Source: Octopus vulgaris
Lineage: Eukaryota
DNA: 64,000 bases
Assembly: GCA_951406725.2 (NCBI GenBank)
Contig: OX597814.1
Span: 24,490,001 to 24,554,000, forward strand
Direction: 5' to 3'
Below are positions 39,051 through 51,998 of this stretch, piece by piece. Below the pieces are notes generated by a model, which saw only the letters and a list, made by a program, of their open reading frames with translations, was not told the DNA's origin and ran no database searches. Made by a program: the position numbers and the translations under genes. The first letter of the stretch is position 1, and every line of letters starts with the position of its first letter.

Positions 39051-39179
39051 TTCCCACCAATCAACCATTCTGCTGTTCATGGGCGATATCTCTTGTTCTA
39101 TGAGTAAATCATAAACATGCCGCCATAGATTTCTATCTTGCTTTCGTCCTTTCTTCCACTGCAATTTTTGAGAAGATTC
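39051..39179 (-). CDS. Candidate exon ESSQKLQWKKGRKQDRNLWRHVYDLLIEQEISPMNSRMVDW(WE)
   Basis: Strong acceptor ttttttttctttagtag, only one open frame; donor ambiguous (exon end 39058 or 39051). Confidence 0.35.
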
Positions 39180-39379
39180 CTACTAAAGAAAAAAATCTAA
39201 AGAAAAAATAGTAAAACTTTGCTGTATTACATTTACATTGTTATGATTTTCAAATTGGTTCCACTGTTTGTGCAAATTTTTACATATATATATATAGTCC
39301 ATAAAAAAACTTATAAACACTTCAAAAAAAGAAAAATGTGTAGAAATATTTTGAAACTAAATTTATTTGGACATTGCAG

Positions 39380-40275
39380 GATTAATACAAGTTACCTTTA
39401 ATCTCTCCAGATGCAAGAGGTGCTCGAAGTGGTAGCCATTAGCTTCCAGACACTTCTTAGATTAATACAAAGTTACTTTTAGCATTTGCCTTTTTATGGC
39501 CTGAAAATTTCATGGATTCATGGTGAAAAGTTTGTAAAGACGACTGTATGATCTGACGAAGTGCAATATTAGCTAAACAGAACAGTGAACTGACATATTT
39601 GTGTTTACCTGATACCAGAAAAACCTTGCTTGCATGTGGACAAAGCAGTTGATTTACTAAAGATCTATGTCTGGTGTGGAGTGTCATAAAGGTGTTTAAT
39701 TGAACTATGTTTTTCTTTGAAGGTACTTTTACTGGTCAAGCATACCTAGACATGCAATACGTCCATTTTATCTGACCATCATTGTCAAACTACTCCCACC
39801 ATTTACTGGTGTTTCCAATATGTCTCTGCTTATTTCACAGCTTCCTGAGATTTCCATTTGTTGCCACACTTTCTGGTCTTGTTGATGTGTCTGACTTTCT
39901 CATCCCCAGAAAGAAGCAATTTGGTGATCGTTCATGCCTTTGAGTCTTTGAATTCCTTCATCACCAATGAGCTTGTTATGCAAATCTTAGAGGTATTACT
40001 GTACAGATAGACTGAGCTGACATTTAGAGAAACACCCAGACACCTTCATATAAATTGCACGGCATTTCCATTGCCTCTTCCTGAATCATGGAAAAGTCAT
40101 AAAGCAAACATGGCCACAAGAGCCCAGGTATGATGCCATATTTGAAGTGCCATACTTTGAGCCTCTCAAGTAGCTAGATTTTTCAACTACCTATATTCAG
40201 TTGCCTAGTTCAGTTTTGATCTTTTCAGCATTGCTAATATCCTTAAGAATATAATCATAACTTTTCCCAAGGCAG
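39380..40275 (-). mobile_element. Degraded HERO-like (RLE-type) non-LTR remnant
   Basis: FKYGIIPGLLWPCLLYDF, LGVSLNVSSVYLYS...EFK, LYDT; resembles the post-RT region of HERO elements from memory. Confidence 0.5.
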
Positions 40276-40282
40276 AGTGTAT

Positions 40283-40800
40283 ATCATCATCATCGTCGTT
40301 TAATGTCCGCTTTCCATGCTAGCATGGGTTGGACGATTTGACTGAGGTCTGGCGAACCAGATGGCTGCACCAGACTTCAATCTGATCTGGCAGAGTTTCT
40401 ACAGCTAGATGCCCTTTCTAATGCCAACCACTCCGAGAATGTAGTGGGAGCCAGTCCAGTGGCACTGGCAACAACCTCGCTCGAATATTTTTTCATGTGC
40501 CAGTAAGGCGACGCAGGTAACGATCACGCTCAAATGGTGCTTTTTATGTGCCACTGGCATGGAGGCCAGTTTGTTGCTCTGGCAATGATCACGCGCATAT
40601 GGTTCTCTTAGCACTCCACTAGCATGGATGCCAGTCATCGAATTTGATTTTGATTTCACTTGCCTGAACAGGTCTTCGCAAGCAGAGTTTAGTGTCCAAT
40701 GAAGGAAAGGTATGCATAAGTGGGCTGGTTACACCCCTGGCGTAGGCCACAAGGTTATGGTCTCACTCGGGCTTGCTGAGGCTTCTCAAGCACAGCATAT
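40283..40800 (-). mobile_element. RTE 3' UTR/tail element (family C)
   Basis: catcatcatcgtcgtttaatgtccgctttccatgctagcatgg plus UTR repeat units. Confidence 0.85.
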
Positions 40801-41327
40801 TTCCATATATATATATATATATATATGTCCTTTAAGTCCAGTTACAGTAAACGTTTTTGAGTATGTATATAAAATCTTCTATTTTATTATGCCGGCTACA
40901 ACGTAATGATTTCAACCTGCAACTACATTTTTATTGATGAATAATTCTATTACAACAATTACATCATAAAAGAACAGTTTCCATCAAGTGATTAAAATTT
41001 AGTTAGAAGAATAAATTACAAGATGCACAACAACCCGCTTTGTTAGCCATCATCAAAGAGAGTGAAAATATATTGAGTAGTCTAAATTTATAGATATTTG
41101 TGTACGCGTATATATATGTGTGTGTGTGTGAATGTATATGTGTGTGTGTATATGTGTATATACATGTGTGTGTCTATGTAAGTGTATATGTATAAATGTA
41201 TAGGTGCATGACTCATATGGATGTATGTGTGTGTGTTTAATCATGTATTTATTATGATAGGCACTTGAGTCATCGTAGGACCTCTGTCACCTCAATTGCT
41301 CCTTTCACTCTTGTTTTACTCTCACTC

Positions 41328-41366
41328 TTCATTGATGAAATATGCATCAGAAACAGCTGTAGTGAA
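41328..41366 (+). ncRNA. Degraded Penelope-type minimal hammerhead
   Basis: ttcat TGATGA aatatgcatca GAAACAGCTGTA gtgaa; palindromic ACAGCTGT stem III; C3 missing or mutated. Confidence 0.5.
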
Positions 41367-41702
41367 CCCTAAACACATTTGTGTTCTTTTATGCAAACAC
41401 CATTCCTGAAAACTTCCCTATGTTCAATCTAAAACTTGCATTGCATTGTGAACTTACATGCATTTATGTATACGTGCATACGCACATGGTATGCATGTGG
41501 TACTTATATGAATGTACTACACTTGACCCTTTCCTGGTGTCCTGAATATTAAAATATCTTGATTCAGCGAATCCTACAACTGATTAATAATATATGTATG
41601 TGTCTGTATATATACGCAAATATGCACACATATGTATATATGTGTGCATGTATCTATATGTGTCTATCAATCTATTTGTCTGTCTCTCCATATACATACA
41701 TG

Positions 41703-41741
<39 letters not shown>

Positions 41742-42615
41742 ATAAATATACATACCATTACAAACACACACATATACATACATACATTTTATATTTACAC
41801 ATACACACACACACACTTTCATCTTACCATTTATTACATCTTATGCAAGTTACCAATTCTTTTCCTTGCTATCATAAGAAGCTTTGAGAATTATTGATTG
41901 ATATGTTACAACAATACAATGTTGATTATTACCTTCTCTTGCATACATTCCTCATATGCTATTTGGATCCTTAACTGCAGAATCTTCATGAACATTCCCA
42001 GCATAAATTCCTCATTAAGGAACCCCATCATTATCCTGGAATCTTGAATGCATGTTTGCCTCTTGAATAATTGTCTTAACAATTCAGGTAACTACTGTTC
42101 AAATTTACATTCATTGGCAGAGTTTTCGCTATTTGCAAGTCTTTTACCAGTATCTTTCTGATTTATTCCCACACTGACTGGTCCACTTGTATAATTATTA
42201 TTGTTGCAGTAATTGAAACAGGCAGCTATCATTTATTACAGTGTATACTTCCCATAATTATCAGCAGACACTTTGCAAATTGCTGGACATTTAAATTTCA
42301 TTCTTCAGCTTGACCTTAAAGATAATGAGCGAGTAGAATTGAACCATTTTATACAATGGCAACTACACCAATTGTCCACCATCAATATAAGTGAGAAGCT
42401 CTCCACCACCCAGAAAATAACCAGTGAGATTGATCTTTTGGATAGACTGTTATTACTGATATTAACCCCTGTTGATCAATGGGCTCATTTAATCAACTCT
42501 AATCTACATAGTTTTGGATTTATTAAAAATAATTGCATTGCATATTTGCCTCCCTATCTCCACCCTATCTCCATTATCATGCTGTACATATAAATATATA
42601 TGTATATTTACATGA

Positions 42616-42651
<36 letters not shown>

Positions 42652-42799
42652 GTCTGTGTGTGTGTGTGTGTTAAAATGTATACATTCAGATATACATTAA
42701 CATACACAAATGCACAAATATATGTGTAAAGATATATGTTTGTGTTTGCATGTATACACATACATTCATCACTGTCATCGTCATTATCACAACCACCAT

Positions 42800-43080
42800 T
42801 ATCATCATCATCATCATCCTCATCATTTGCCAGCATGGGTTGGACAATATGATGAGATCCTCTCTTTTGGAGGTTTTATGTTGACCTCTGATATCTGATT
42901 TGGCAAGTTTTCTATAACTGTATACACTTCCTCGTTTTAACTGCTTTACAGAGAGTATACTGGTTGATTTTTGTTTTTCTATGGCATGTCCTAGTGAGGT
43001 TGAGATGTAACTTGAAAAACTAAAACGTTACCTTGACTGAGAGGCAATAAAGTAGATATGAGGCAGCTTATGCCAGAAGT
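42800..43080 (-). mobile_element. Degenerate family C tail
   Basis: (CAT)n...gccagcatgggttggac...ctgatttggcaagttttcta. Confidence 0.6.
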
Positions 43081-44234
43081 TGGAAAGTTAATGTATAATA
43101 GAGAAAGGTGTCTTGGTGTGGAAAACAAAAAGGTGGAGGGATTTGATGTTGCAAGAAACATAGTTAGAGCTGGTGTAGGTGTGAGGGAGTGAATACTCGA
43201 TGTTGAATAACAGTTGAGGGAGATGGAGTGGTTGATGATAAATATATGTTGGAAAAAAATGTTGGGTAGTGTAGGTGCTGACTGGCAGTTCAGAATTGAT
43301 GAAGAGCAGTAGTAATAAGATAGACAGGAGAAGGACGACACAAAGAAGGATGGTGAGTGAGTTGGTAATTTGAAAGAGGGAGAAACAGATGTTGAGCATG
43401 GGGTGAGTGAGAGATGTATGATGACAAGAACAAGGCAGTAGGAAGTGGTTCAGTAGAGAAAGAGAGAGAGAGGAAATAATTTGGTAACATAGAAGACTAG
43501 GAGAATCAATGTAAAATCTGATTAGAGAAAGACAAAGTGAAGAATGAAGGATGACTGTCAAGTGAAATAGTCCTGAGTAGCAAGAAAAATTAATAGGTAT
43601 CACACAAAAAGATCATGATAAAATGTGTAGTTCTACCTTTATTTAACTGGAGCAGCCAAATACAGCAGTTAAGGGATGGAGAGATCAGAGATAATGAGTT
43701 CAGAGGTGGTGGGCATGGCTTGATGAGAAAAGAGAGTAAGAGGCCCAGTTGTGTATGTACACATTATCCTATTAAAAATCTTAGTTTTGCTAAGATGCAC
43801 AAGTGTTCTTGAGAACTACATATCACCAGACAGTTTGGTCCTTTGTCATCTCCTCTGGAAAAATTCAAACTCCTGAGATAGGCTTTCACTATTTCATCCA
43901 GGGTTTCCTGCTTCCCTGTGTTCCAGCAACATTAAGAATTACTGTTCTCATCTATATGCAGTAGCTAACCACACCAGTGCAATTCTTTTCTTTTGCATGC
44001 TACATCTGACTCTGTTTATGCCCAGTTTTTGTCTCACCATATTTGTACTCCTTTGAGCTTGGCATGCTAATGTTGCACATCCAGTGGAATATGCTTGCTT
44101 CATTTTTTTTTTTTTTTGTTCTTTGCATATATTCTGCCTTTAGAGTTGACATCTCACTGCCATAAAGTATTGCTGTTCGTACACAAATATCATACAATCT
44201 GTCTTTTACTCTAAGAAAGAAACCTTTTATAACT

Positions 44235-44412
44235 GGGTTTCAAATTTTGGCACAAGGCCAGCAATTTTGGGGAGGAAATAAGTTGATTGCATTGACCCCC
44301 AAATTCAGCTGGTACTTATTTTATCAACTCTGAACTCAGAATGGGAAAATGGGTGAAATGTCACCAAGCATTTTGCCTGGGATGCTAACAATTCTACCAT
44401 CTCACTGCCTTA
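44235..44412 (-). mobile_element. Family B SINE
   Basis: ggcacaaggccagcaatttt...ctggtacttattttatc. Confidence 0.75.
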
Positions 44413-45281
44413 AAATGCTTTTTATAATTAACAAAAATAATAGCTCTCTGAACTTTCTCTAGCTGATTCTTATTCAATCAGCTATATTTTCAGAACACAC
44501 TCTTCCACTACTAATTAGGTCACTTAAGTAACAGAAATTACCTAGCACCTCTAGGGATCCACCTGGCATTTCAGCAAGCTCATTTCCTGTGTATTCTAAG
44601 TGCTTATTGTTTCAATGCATCTATCATATATAAAATAAACTTTCTCCGTTAATCAGCCTGTGATATTACTGCATCACAAGTGTTTCTACAGTTTGCATTG
44701 GGAACACCATATGGAATTTCTACTTATTACTTTTCTACATAGCAAGCAAGGTTATTTTCCTGATCACAGCAGAGTCTTGTTTGTTTTCCAACTTAAATAA
44801 GCTTTCATCTTTGCTAAGTGAAGTCTGAGGCCTTTTGGTATCATGTTTTACTACCACATCCAAAATTTCTTTTGTAAGCCTATTACTGATTTATCTATAC
44901 GACAAGATCACGGTTCCCTCTGTTATGACCTGAAGAACTGTAACAGGTAAGAGAAGACTGAGTACTCTTCCCTAATGAACTCTGCCTGCAAATTAAGTTC
45001 ACCACTATGCTTGTTGTTAACTCTCACCTCATTGTATATGGTCTGTATGACTCTCACAAACCATTCCTCTGTTCCTAGCTTCCTCAGCAATCACCAGTTC
45101 ACTGATTGAGGGACACTGTTAAAATTTTTCTCCAGGTCAACAGATGTCAATAAGAGCAGCTTACTTTTATCCAGCTACTTCTCCAGCTGACATCAGTAGT
45201 ACTTTTCACTGACACAAAACGAAAGTGGATCTCATACAGGCTAACTCTTTCTATAATTAATCAAGCTATAATGCTTGTGAA

Positions 45282-45595
45282 GGTGCATATCTCAGTGGTC
45301 AGAGGGTTCAGCTCACAATCATAAGGTAGTGAGTTCAATTTGCAGACCAGGCTGTGTGTTCTGTTCCTGAGCAGGACACTTTGTTTTCACATTGCTCCAA
45401 TTCACTCATCTGTAAAAATGAGTTGTGCCCTCACTGGTGCCAAGCTGTATCAGCCTTTGTGCCTTTCCCTTTGACAACATCGTTAGCAGGAAGTGGGGAA
45501 ACTGGTATGCATGGGCAGCTGCTGGTCCTTCACAAACAACCTTGCCCAGACTTGTACTTCGGAGAGGAACATTCTGGGTGCAATTCTATGATCAT
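45282..45595 (+). mobile_element. Family D CORE-like SINE
   Basis: ctcagtggtcagag...gagttcaatt...gttcctgagcaggacactt...catctgtaaaaatg. Confidence 0.65.
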
Positions 45596-46593
45596 TCATA
45601 TCCTGCTTCACCAGATATTTCAAGCAGCATCTCAACAATAATTCCTGATGGCTTAGGGGCTTTTCTTGCTTTCATATCCTTAATTGCTTTATCTTTTATA
45701 CAGTTTTCAGGAAGAATGAATGGTTTCTCTGTTAGGCTCATGCTGGAGAGACTGTCTTTCTCCCATGCATTCTCCATATTTAATAGCATTTCATAGAAGC
45801 CCTTCATTCCTTTCAGAATCACTAAGCACAAAGTGTACCTTTATCCATCAGTACATACAACATCTCAGTCCTCCCTAGTGCACTCCCTTGCAATTCAGAA
45901 TACCTTCTGTCTTTGGTCCTTTTGCAATAAAACATTAGCAAACCCCCTAATTTCTGTTTCTCCCTTCGCTAAATAAATGTATCAATTAGGTATTTTTTAG
46001 CTATCCACTCATTAAGTTTTACTCTTTGTATTTATCACTCTGTTTAACTGTTGAACCATCACTCCATCTGCCTGGTTGCACCCTTACAGTAGCCTCAGAC
46101 TTGATCTGTAGCCCTCAAGCAGGTTGTCCTCCTTCCTATTTTCAAATACTTTGACTACAACTTCTCTAAATTTTTGTTTACTTGCTCTTTAAGCTTCTAT
46201 TTCTTCCCTTTCATAGTTGGATTTATATTTCTGATGATACCTAGATTTAAATCTGAAGTCACTAACTGATATTGGGTTGTCCATTCTTCACAAGTGAAAG
46301 GCTTTGTGTTCACAACAATTTAGGCATTTCATTCTCTCATTCCTTCTCTCTCTATCTCTCTCCCACTCCCTCTCCCATTCTCTCTCACTCCCTCTCCCAT
46401 TCTCTCTCACTCCCTCTCATTCTCTCCCTTTTTTCTTTTTCTATCTCTCCCTCTTTCTCTCTCTCTTTCTTTCGCTCTCTCTCTCTTTTCTCTCTTTCTC
46501 ACTATCTTTCTCTCTCTCTCACTCTATATGTGTGTTTCTGTGTGTGTGTCTGAGTGTGAGTGTGTGTATGATCACCATCACCATCATCATCAC

Positions 46594-46609
<16 letters not shown>

Positions 46610-46627
<18 letters not shown>

Positions 46628-46830
46628 GTTATCATCATTTAGTGTCTGTATTCCATGCTGCTATGGGCTGGATGATTTGACAATCTCCAACAGGTCGGAG
46701 AACTGTTCTAAGTTCCAATGTCTGTTCTGTCATGGTTTCTATGGTTGGATGCCTTTCCTAATGCCAACCATTTTATAGCGTTTACTTGGTACTTTTACAT
46801 GTTACTGGCTCTAGTGATGGCACCAGGCAG
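46610..46830 (-). mobile_element. Degenerate family C tail
   Basis: ggatgcctttcctaatgccaacc preceded by (CAT)n. Confidence 0.65.
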
Positions 46831-47009
46831 CTCATAAAACAAGAACCCTTGATTGAGATGGATGTAGAATCGACAGAGGTAGCTTAGGCCAAGAGATGAA
46901 CAACAAGAGTATAACAGAGGGATGCAAATAAGTGTCTTGCTTTAGAGGATATACATGGCTACCCCAGGAGGAAAAGGAGAGAAGATGGGGATATTAGAAT
47001 ATCTCCTCA

Positions 47010-47445
47010 TGGTGGCAAGCTGGTAAAATCGTTAGCATGCTCAATGAATGATTAACGAGCTGGCAGAAACGTTAGCACGTCGGGCGAAATGCTTAGCGGT
47101 ATTTCGTCTGCCGTTACGTTGTGAGTTCAAATTCCACCGAGGTCGACTTTACCTTTCATCCTTTCGGGGTCGATAAATTAAGTACCAGTTATGCACTGGG
47201 GTCGATGTAATCGACTTAATACCTATGTATGTCCTTGTTTGTCCCGTCTATGTTTAGCCCCTTGTGGGTAATAAAGAAATGGGTATTTTACTCATCACTA
47301 TGTTCTGAGTTCAAATTCTGCCAAGGTCGAATTTGCCTTTCATCTTGTCGGGGTCAATAAATTAAGTACCAGATACATACTGGAGTTGATCTAATCAACA
47401 ACTCCCTCCCACAAAATTTCAAGCCTTGTGCTTATAGTAAGAAAG
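47010..47445 (+). mobile_element. Young family B SINE (~47054-47280) nested in an older family B copy
   Basis: Old head at 47010-47053; old body resumes at ggtatttt 47282. Confidence 0.85.
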
Positions 47446-47919
47446 ATTTTAGGATGTTCCCTCAGTGTACATGAGAGTTGGGGACAGAAAAGCAGGTAAG
47501 TTTGCCACAGTGAAAGCGAGTGACAGATGGTTAGAGGTAGGGATTTAGGTGATGCAATGAATGGTAAACAGGGCAGGGCACATTGTCAACGATAAGTAGC
47601 TGTACAATGATAAGTGTCAATATAAAAATGTTAGGTTTGGAGTGCAGCATTGTAATAAAATAATACAGATGAGAAATAGGGAAGTGACGTGAAGTATAGG
47701 GGGGAAAAGAGGAAGGGGTGCTCAGGGACAAGGGTAGCAATCAGAGAGGCATAGGAGTGAATATGTATATTGAGAGAGTGACAAACAAGGGTTAATGGAA
47801 GATATGAGATGGTGTTCAATAGTGGTATGAGAGGATGATATTGAAAGTATGAGGTGGAGGAGAACATGGAGAAATTATATGTGCTTGTATGTATTTGTAG
47901 ATATATATATACACATGTA

Positions 47920-47971
<52 letters not shown>

Positions 47972-48384
47972 TGTGTCGGTGTGTGTGTTGTGTATGTGTG
48001 TATATATACATACATATATATGGAGAGGGTAAGGGAGAAAGAGAGAGAGAGAAAAAAAGAGAGGAGAGTGGGAGATGACAGAAAGGTAGCATATAATATG
48101 TATTTTGGATATAAAAATTTTATGAAGGCATATCATCATCACCATCATCATCATTCATTATCAAGAGCAGCAACACATTATCGTTTTTATGCCTCTTTTG
48201 CAATGCATGCACGGAATCCCTTACAGTTCCCCATGCGCTGCACCTTGATAGGAGTTTTATGGTGACGGATTAAGCTTAGAATGACTTAACTAACCAATGA
48301 AATATCTGGTTGAAGAAGGAGAAAAATGTTTCCGATTATTATTGAAAAAAAAATAAAGAATAAATAAAAGAAGTAAATTTAAAA

Positions 48385-49070
48385 TTACATGCCATATTTC
48401 CTTGTGAACCCCTCCAACAATATATCATTTTTATTGTTTCAATTTCTTCTGCTTTTCCATGTAATATTCACTTGCAAAATTCAATATGTAAATGCGTATT
48501 CTTGTGAGAGCGAATGTATGTAGATTTGCAGTAGTTTATAAATGCAGAGACATACGTCCACAACTGATACTCATGCATACTTCATACATGGTTGTGAGAT
48601 CATATGCGAATAAGATATATGTCTTCTGCCCTATTGTACAAGTATAATATTAACTGCATTATGTGGAATATTCTCTTGTTCATGTAAATGATGTTAATGA
48701 TTGATTTCCACATGCACTATTTGGCCATCACACCTGTCTTCTGCATTTAAGCGTACAGATGAAATAAATTTGATACAATTAGTTCTAATGGCTCTTAGTA
48801 GTTGAAAATTGGAGATAATTTCAAAGATTATTTCTGCATATTACTATTTAGTTTAGCTATAAGTGAATGGTCAATTATGGTCATGTACAAAGGAATGTCG
48901 AATAAACTAACAGCATACATGTCCAAGTTAGTCTTAAGTTGCTCACTTAGAAGATTACCTATTATTCTTACTTGCTGCATAAAACAATATTTTGGAGAGA
49001 GGATGCTAGCTTTCATTTACTTGCACTCTATAATCATTTGTTCTCTAGTATGCTTTTCTCTGTTAGTCTC
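48385..49070 (-). mobile_element. Possible second Helitron Rep N-terminal remnant
   Basis: Weak motifs YIRSHKNTHLHIEF and a GSPRYM-like segment in the expected order. Confidence 0.3.
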
Positions 49071-49079
49071 TTTTATCAC

Positions 49080-49541
49080 TTCGAAATCAAATTCGATGAC
49101 TGGCACCCGTGCTAGTGGAGTGCTAAGAGTACCATACAAGTGAGATCGTTGCCAGAGCAACAAGCCGGCCTCCATGCTGATGGCACATTAAAAACACCAT
49201 TCGAGTGTAATCGTTACTTGTGTCACCTTACTAGCACTTGTAAAAACATTCGAGCGAAGTCGTTGCCAGTGCCACTGGACTGGCTCCTGTGCAGGTGGCA
49301 CATAAAAAGCACCATTTGAGCATGGCCATTGCCAGTACCACCTGACTGGCCCTCGTGCCTGTGGCACCTAAAAGCACCCACTATACTCTCAGAGTGGTTG
49401 GCATTAGGAAGAACATCCAGCTGTAGAAATTCTGCCAGATCAAGATTGGAGACTGGTGCAGCCATCTGGCTTGCCAGCCCTCAGTCAAATCATCCAACCC
49501 ATGCTAGCATGGAAAGTGGACGTTAAATGATGATGATGATG
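49080..49541 (+). mobile_element. RTE 3' UTR/tail element (family C)
   Basis: Same subfamily as 40283-40800; (GAT)n tail. Confidence 0.85.
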
Positions 49542-49958
49542 ACAACTGTTTCTGTTCCCCTGAACAAGTAAGCTCTCTAACACCATCACATAAACCTGAC
49601 AAATTTTCTTGCACCTTTCTCTTGTCATTCTTACTGTATGTCATGTGCCTAAATTCTACACCAGACATTTTACCAGAACTGTTATCTCCAGAACCACAAC
49701 TATCCAAATTTTTCTTCATACATATGTTTACCCTGCATGTATCAATTGACAGAAAGTCAAAACAAATATTGATCCTATTTTGAATGGCAAACTTCAACCA
49801 TCACCCAGTTAAATACCACCACCAGGCCATTTGGTGACTTTGACAGAGCCCACTGTTGCAAACATTTGAGCTAGATCTTTAATCTGTAGGATTTTTTGTT
49901 ATCTATCTCTGTGTGATATCTGCACTTGTGGGGTGCCTCACACATTTCCCTACAATGT

Positions 49959-50342
49959 TGTAGAAAGGAATAAAGTGGCAGGAACATGAATATCTGAACA
50001 AATAACAGTAATAGTTTATTATTTCACAGGAGATACTTCATCACTGGACATTGGTAACATGAACGCCAGAGTTAGGAAAGCTGCAGAGTCGGATTAAATC
50101 ACCATGGTTAAAACAGTCTTCACCACTCGCAGAATCTAGTTCACCCTTTCACTCAGAGCCATGTTGGGACACGTCTTAATTCATCGACCACCAAGAGGCT
50201 TGGAATAGCGGCAAAGGCTAACTGCTCCTGATTACTGCGCATGTGCATCAGGGGACTTCCGGCGGCCTACCGGAAGACACCAAACATTGCACATGCGCAG
50301 ATGGACATCCCAAAATGGTGTCTAAAACCTGGTGTCACTACA
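49959..50342 (-). mobile_element. Probable solo LTR
   Basis: TGTAG...CTACA termini, GC/CpG richer than flanks, AATAAA on the minus strand (~50016-50021); TSD not convincing. Confidence 0.5.
50235..50320. promoter_or_regulatory. Symmetric NRF1-like/ETS-like/YY1-like motif cluster in the LTR
   Basis: ctgcgcatgtgca...cttccgg...ccggaag...tgcacatgcgcag, then caaaatggtg. Confidence 0.4.
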
Positions 50343-51379
50343 AATCCAAGGAAAATGTCTGCTCTTTCTCCGATATGTTTTGGAGGCTTTGAAAGGATCA
50401 TTTTCTCTGATCTTCCTTCAGTTTGTAAACTATAAAAATGTTAAAATAATTCCTCAACCTAACCATTATGTCATTGCAATACCTCTTATTCCCAAACCAA
50501 AATATGAGAAATAAGCAAGTAGGCTACTAATGCAAAACTATATCTCCTTTAAAATCTTTGTTTATGCTAAATTCCTCTAGTGCTAAATATGAAGAAATTT
50601 TTTCCTACATAGGATGCTCATTAATAATGAGTAGTGAAGTGGTTCTTAATCTAGATGATAGTACCCTACTTGGGGTTATTGTGAATTCTCAAAGGAGTGA
50701 CAAATGTCAAGGAGATGCTTTGCAGGTAGGGGTTGTGTTTTTTCTTTGAAATAAAATAATTAAACAAGGTACAACACTTATATTTCAAACATATTTTCGA
50801 AAGCTCTTTGTCAGGGTTAGAATATGTATTATCAATAAGTGTAAGACATGACTAATTATTTGTGCTAAAGTCTAATTTGATCTGTTGTTTATGTCCTTGC
50901 CTTCTTTAACAATTTCCCCAAAACTTTATCATTGAGACACTAGTCCATGCAAACATCAAAAATCAAAAAGGAAACACATGTTGGATGGGAACCTTTAAGA
51001 AATCATAAATAACAAACCCTTGTATAAAATTAGCTTCTTTTTGATTAAAATATGTTACTATTTCTGTTATTTTCTGCAAACCTTTGGTGGAGAGCATTTT
51101 GTATACACCATTCAAGAGGACACAAAGTTTTTAGAATCATTGTGCTAAATGAATAAACAAGGAGAATTAAGTGTCAGGACTCACAGTTACAACAAAATAC
51201 CTACAATGAGATATAAACTCAGAACCTGTAAGAGCTGATAATTTAATAATTTGAAACCCAATAGTCTCTAAATTTGTGTTTTCATTTGTGGTATACTTTA
51301 GAGAGCATCTAAGAATATTTTAGTTCACTTTGTACAAAACAGAAAACTGTATTAAAATATAATATTTATATATTTTAGT

Positions 51380-51998
51380 ATGCTGTGCGCGAGAAGACCC
51401 GGCATGACAAGTGAGACCATTACCCGTGGCCTTCTACATGGGATGGAGCCAGCATACCTTCCTTTCTTGGGACACAAAACTCTACTTGTGAAGACCTGTT
51501 GAGGCAAGTGAGGATCAGAATCGAAATCGATCAATGGAAATTGCAGCTGAGTTACCAGTGCCGGTGGCACGTAAGAGAACCATCCGTTCGTGACCATTGC
51601 CAGCGCCGCCCCGACTGGCCTCGTGCCAGTGGCAGGTAAAAAGCACCATCCGCTCGTGTCCGTTGCCAGCCTCGCCTGGCTCCCATGCCTGTGGCATGTA
51701 AAAGCACCATCCGTTCATGTCCGTTGCCAGCCTTGCCTGGCCCCGGTGCCGGTGGTATGTAAAAGCACCATCCATTCATGGCCGTTTGCCAGCTCCGTCT
51801 GGCACCTGTGCAGGTGGCACGTAAAAAGCACCCGCTACACTCACGGAGTGGTTGGCGTTAGGAAGGGCATCCAGCCGTAGAAACACTGTCAGATCAGACT
51901 GGGCCTGATGCAGCTTTCTAGCTTCACAGACCCCAGTTGAACCGTCCAACCCATGCTAGCATGGAAAACGGATGCTAAATGATGATGATGATGATGAT
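51380..51998 (+). mobile_element. RTE 3' end with ~61-bp tandem UTR units and (GAT)n tail
   Basis: YAVREKTRHDK* then repeat units as in 2740-3060. Confidence 0.9.

Larger units (their letters stand above)
43810..46310 (-). mobile_element. Long degraded RTE LINE with SINE insertions
   Basis: KAIKDMKARKAPKPSGIIVEML, YEMLLNMENAW, YDICVRTAILYGSE, NEASIFHWMCNI. Confidence 0.75.

Noticed and set aside
49550-50430. Gypsy integrase remnant around the LTR (also RT-like 32740-33000 and LINE-like 57740-58620)
   Set aside because: Only faint motif resemblance; needs an HMM search
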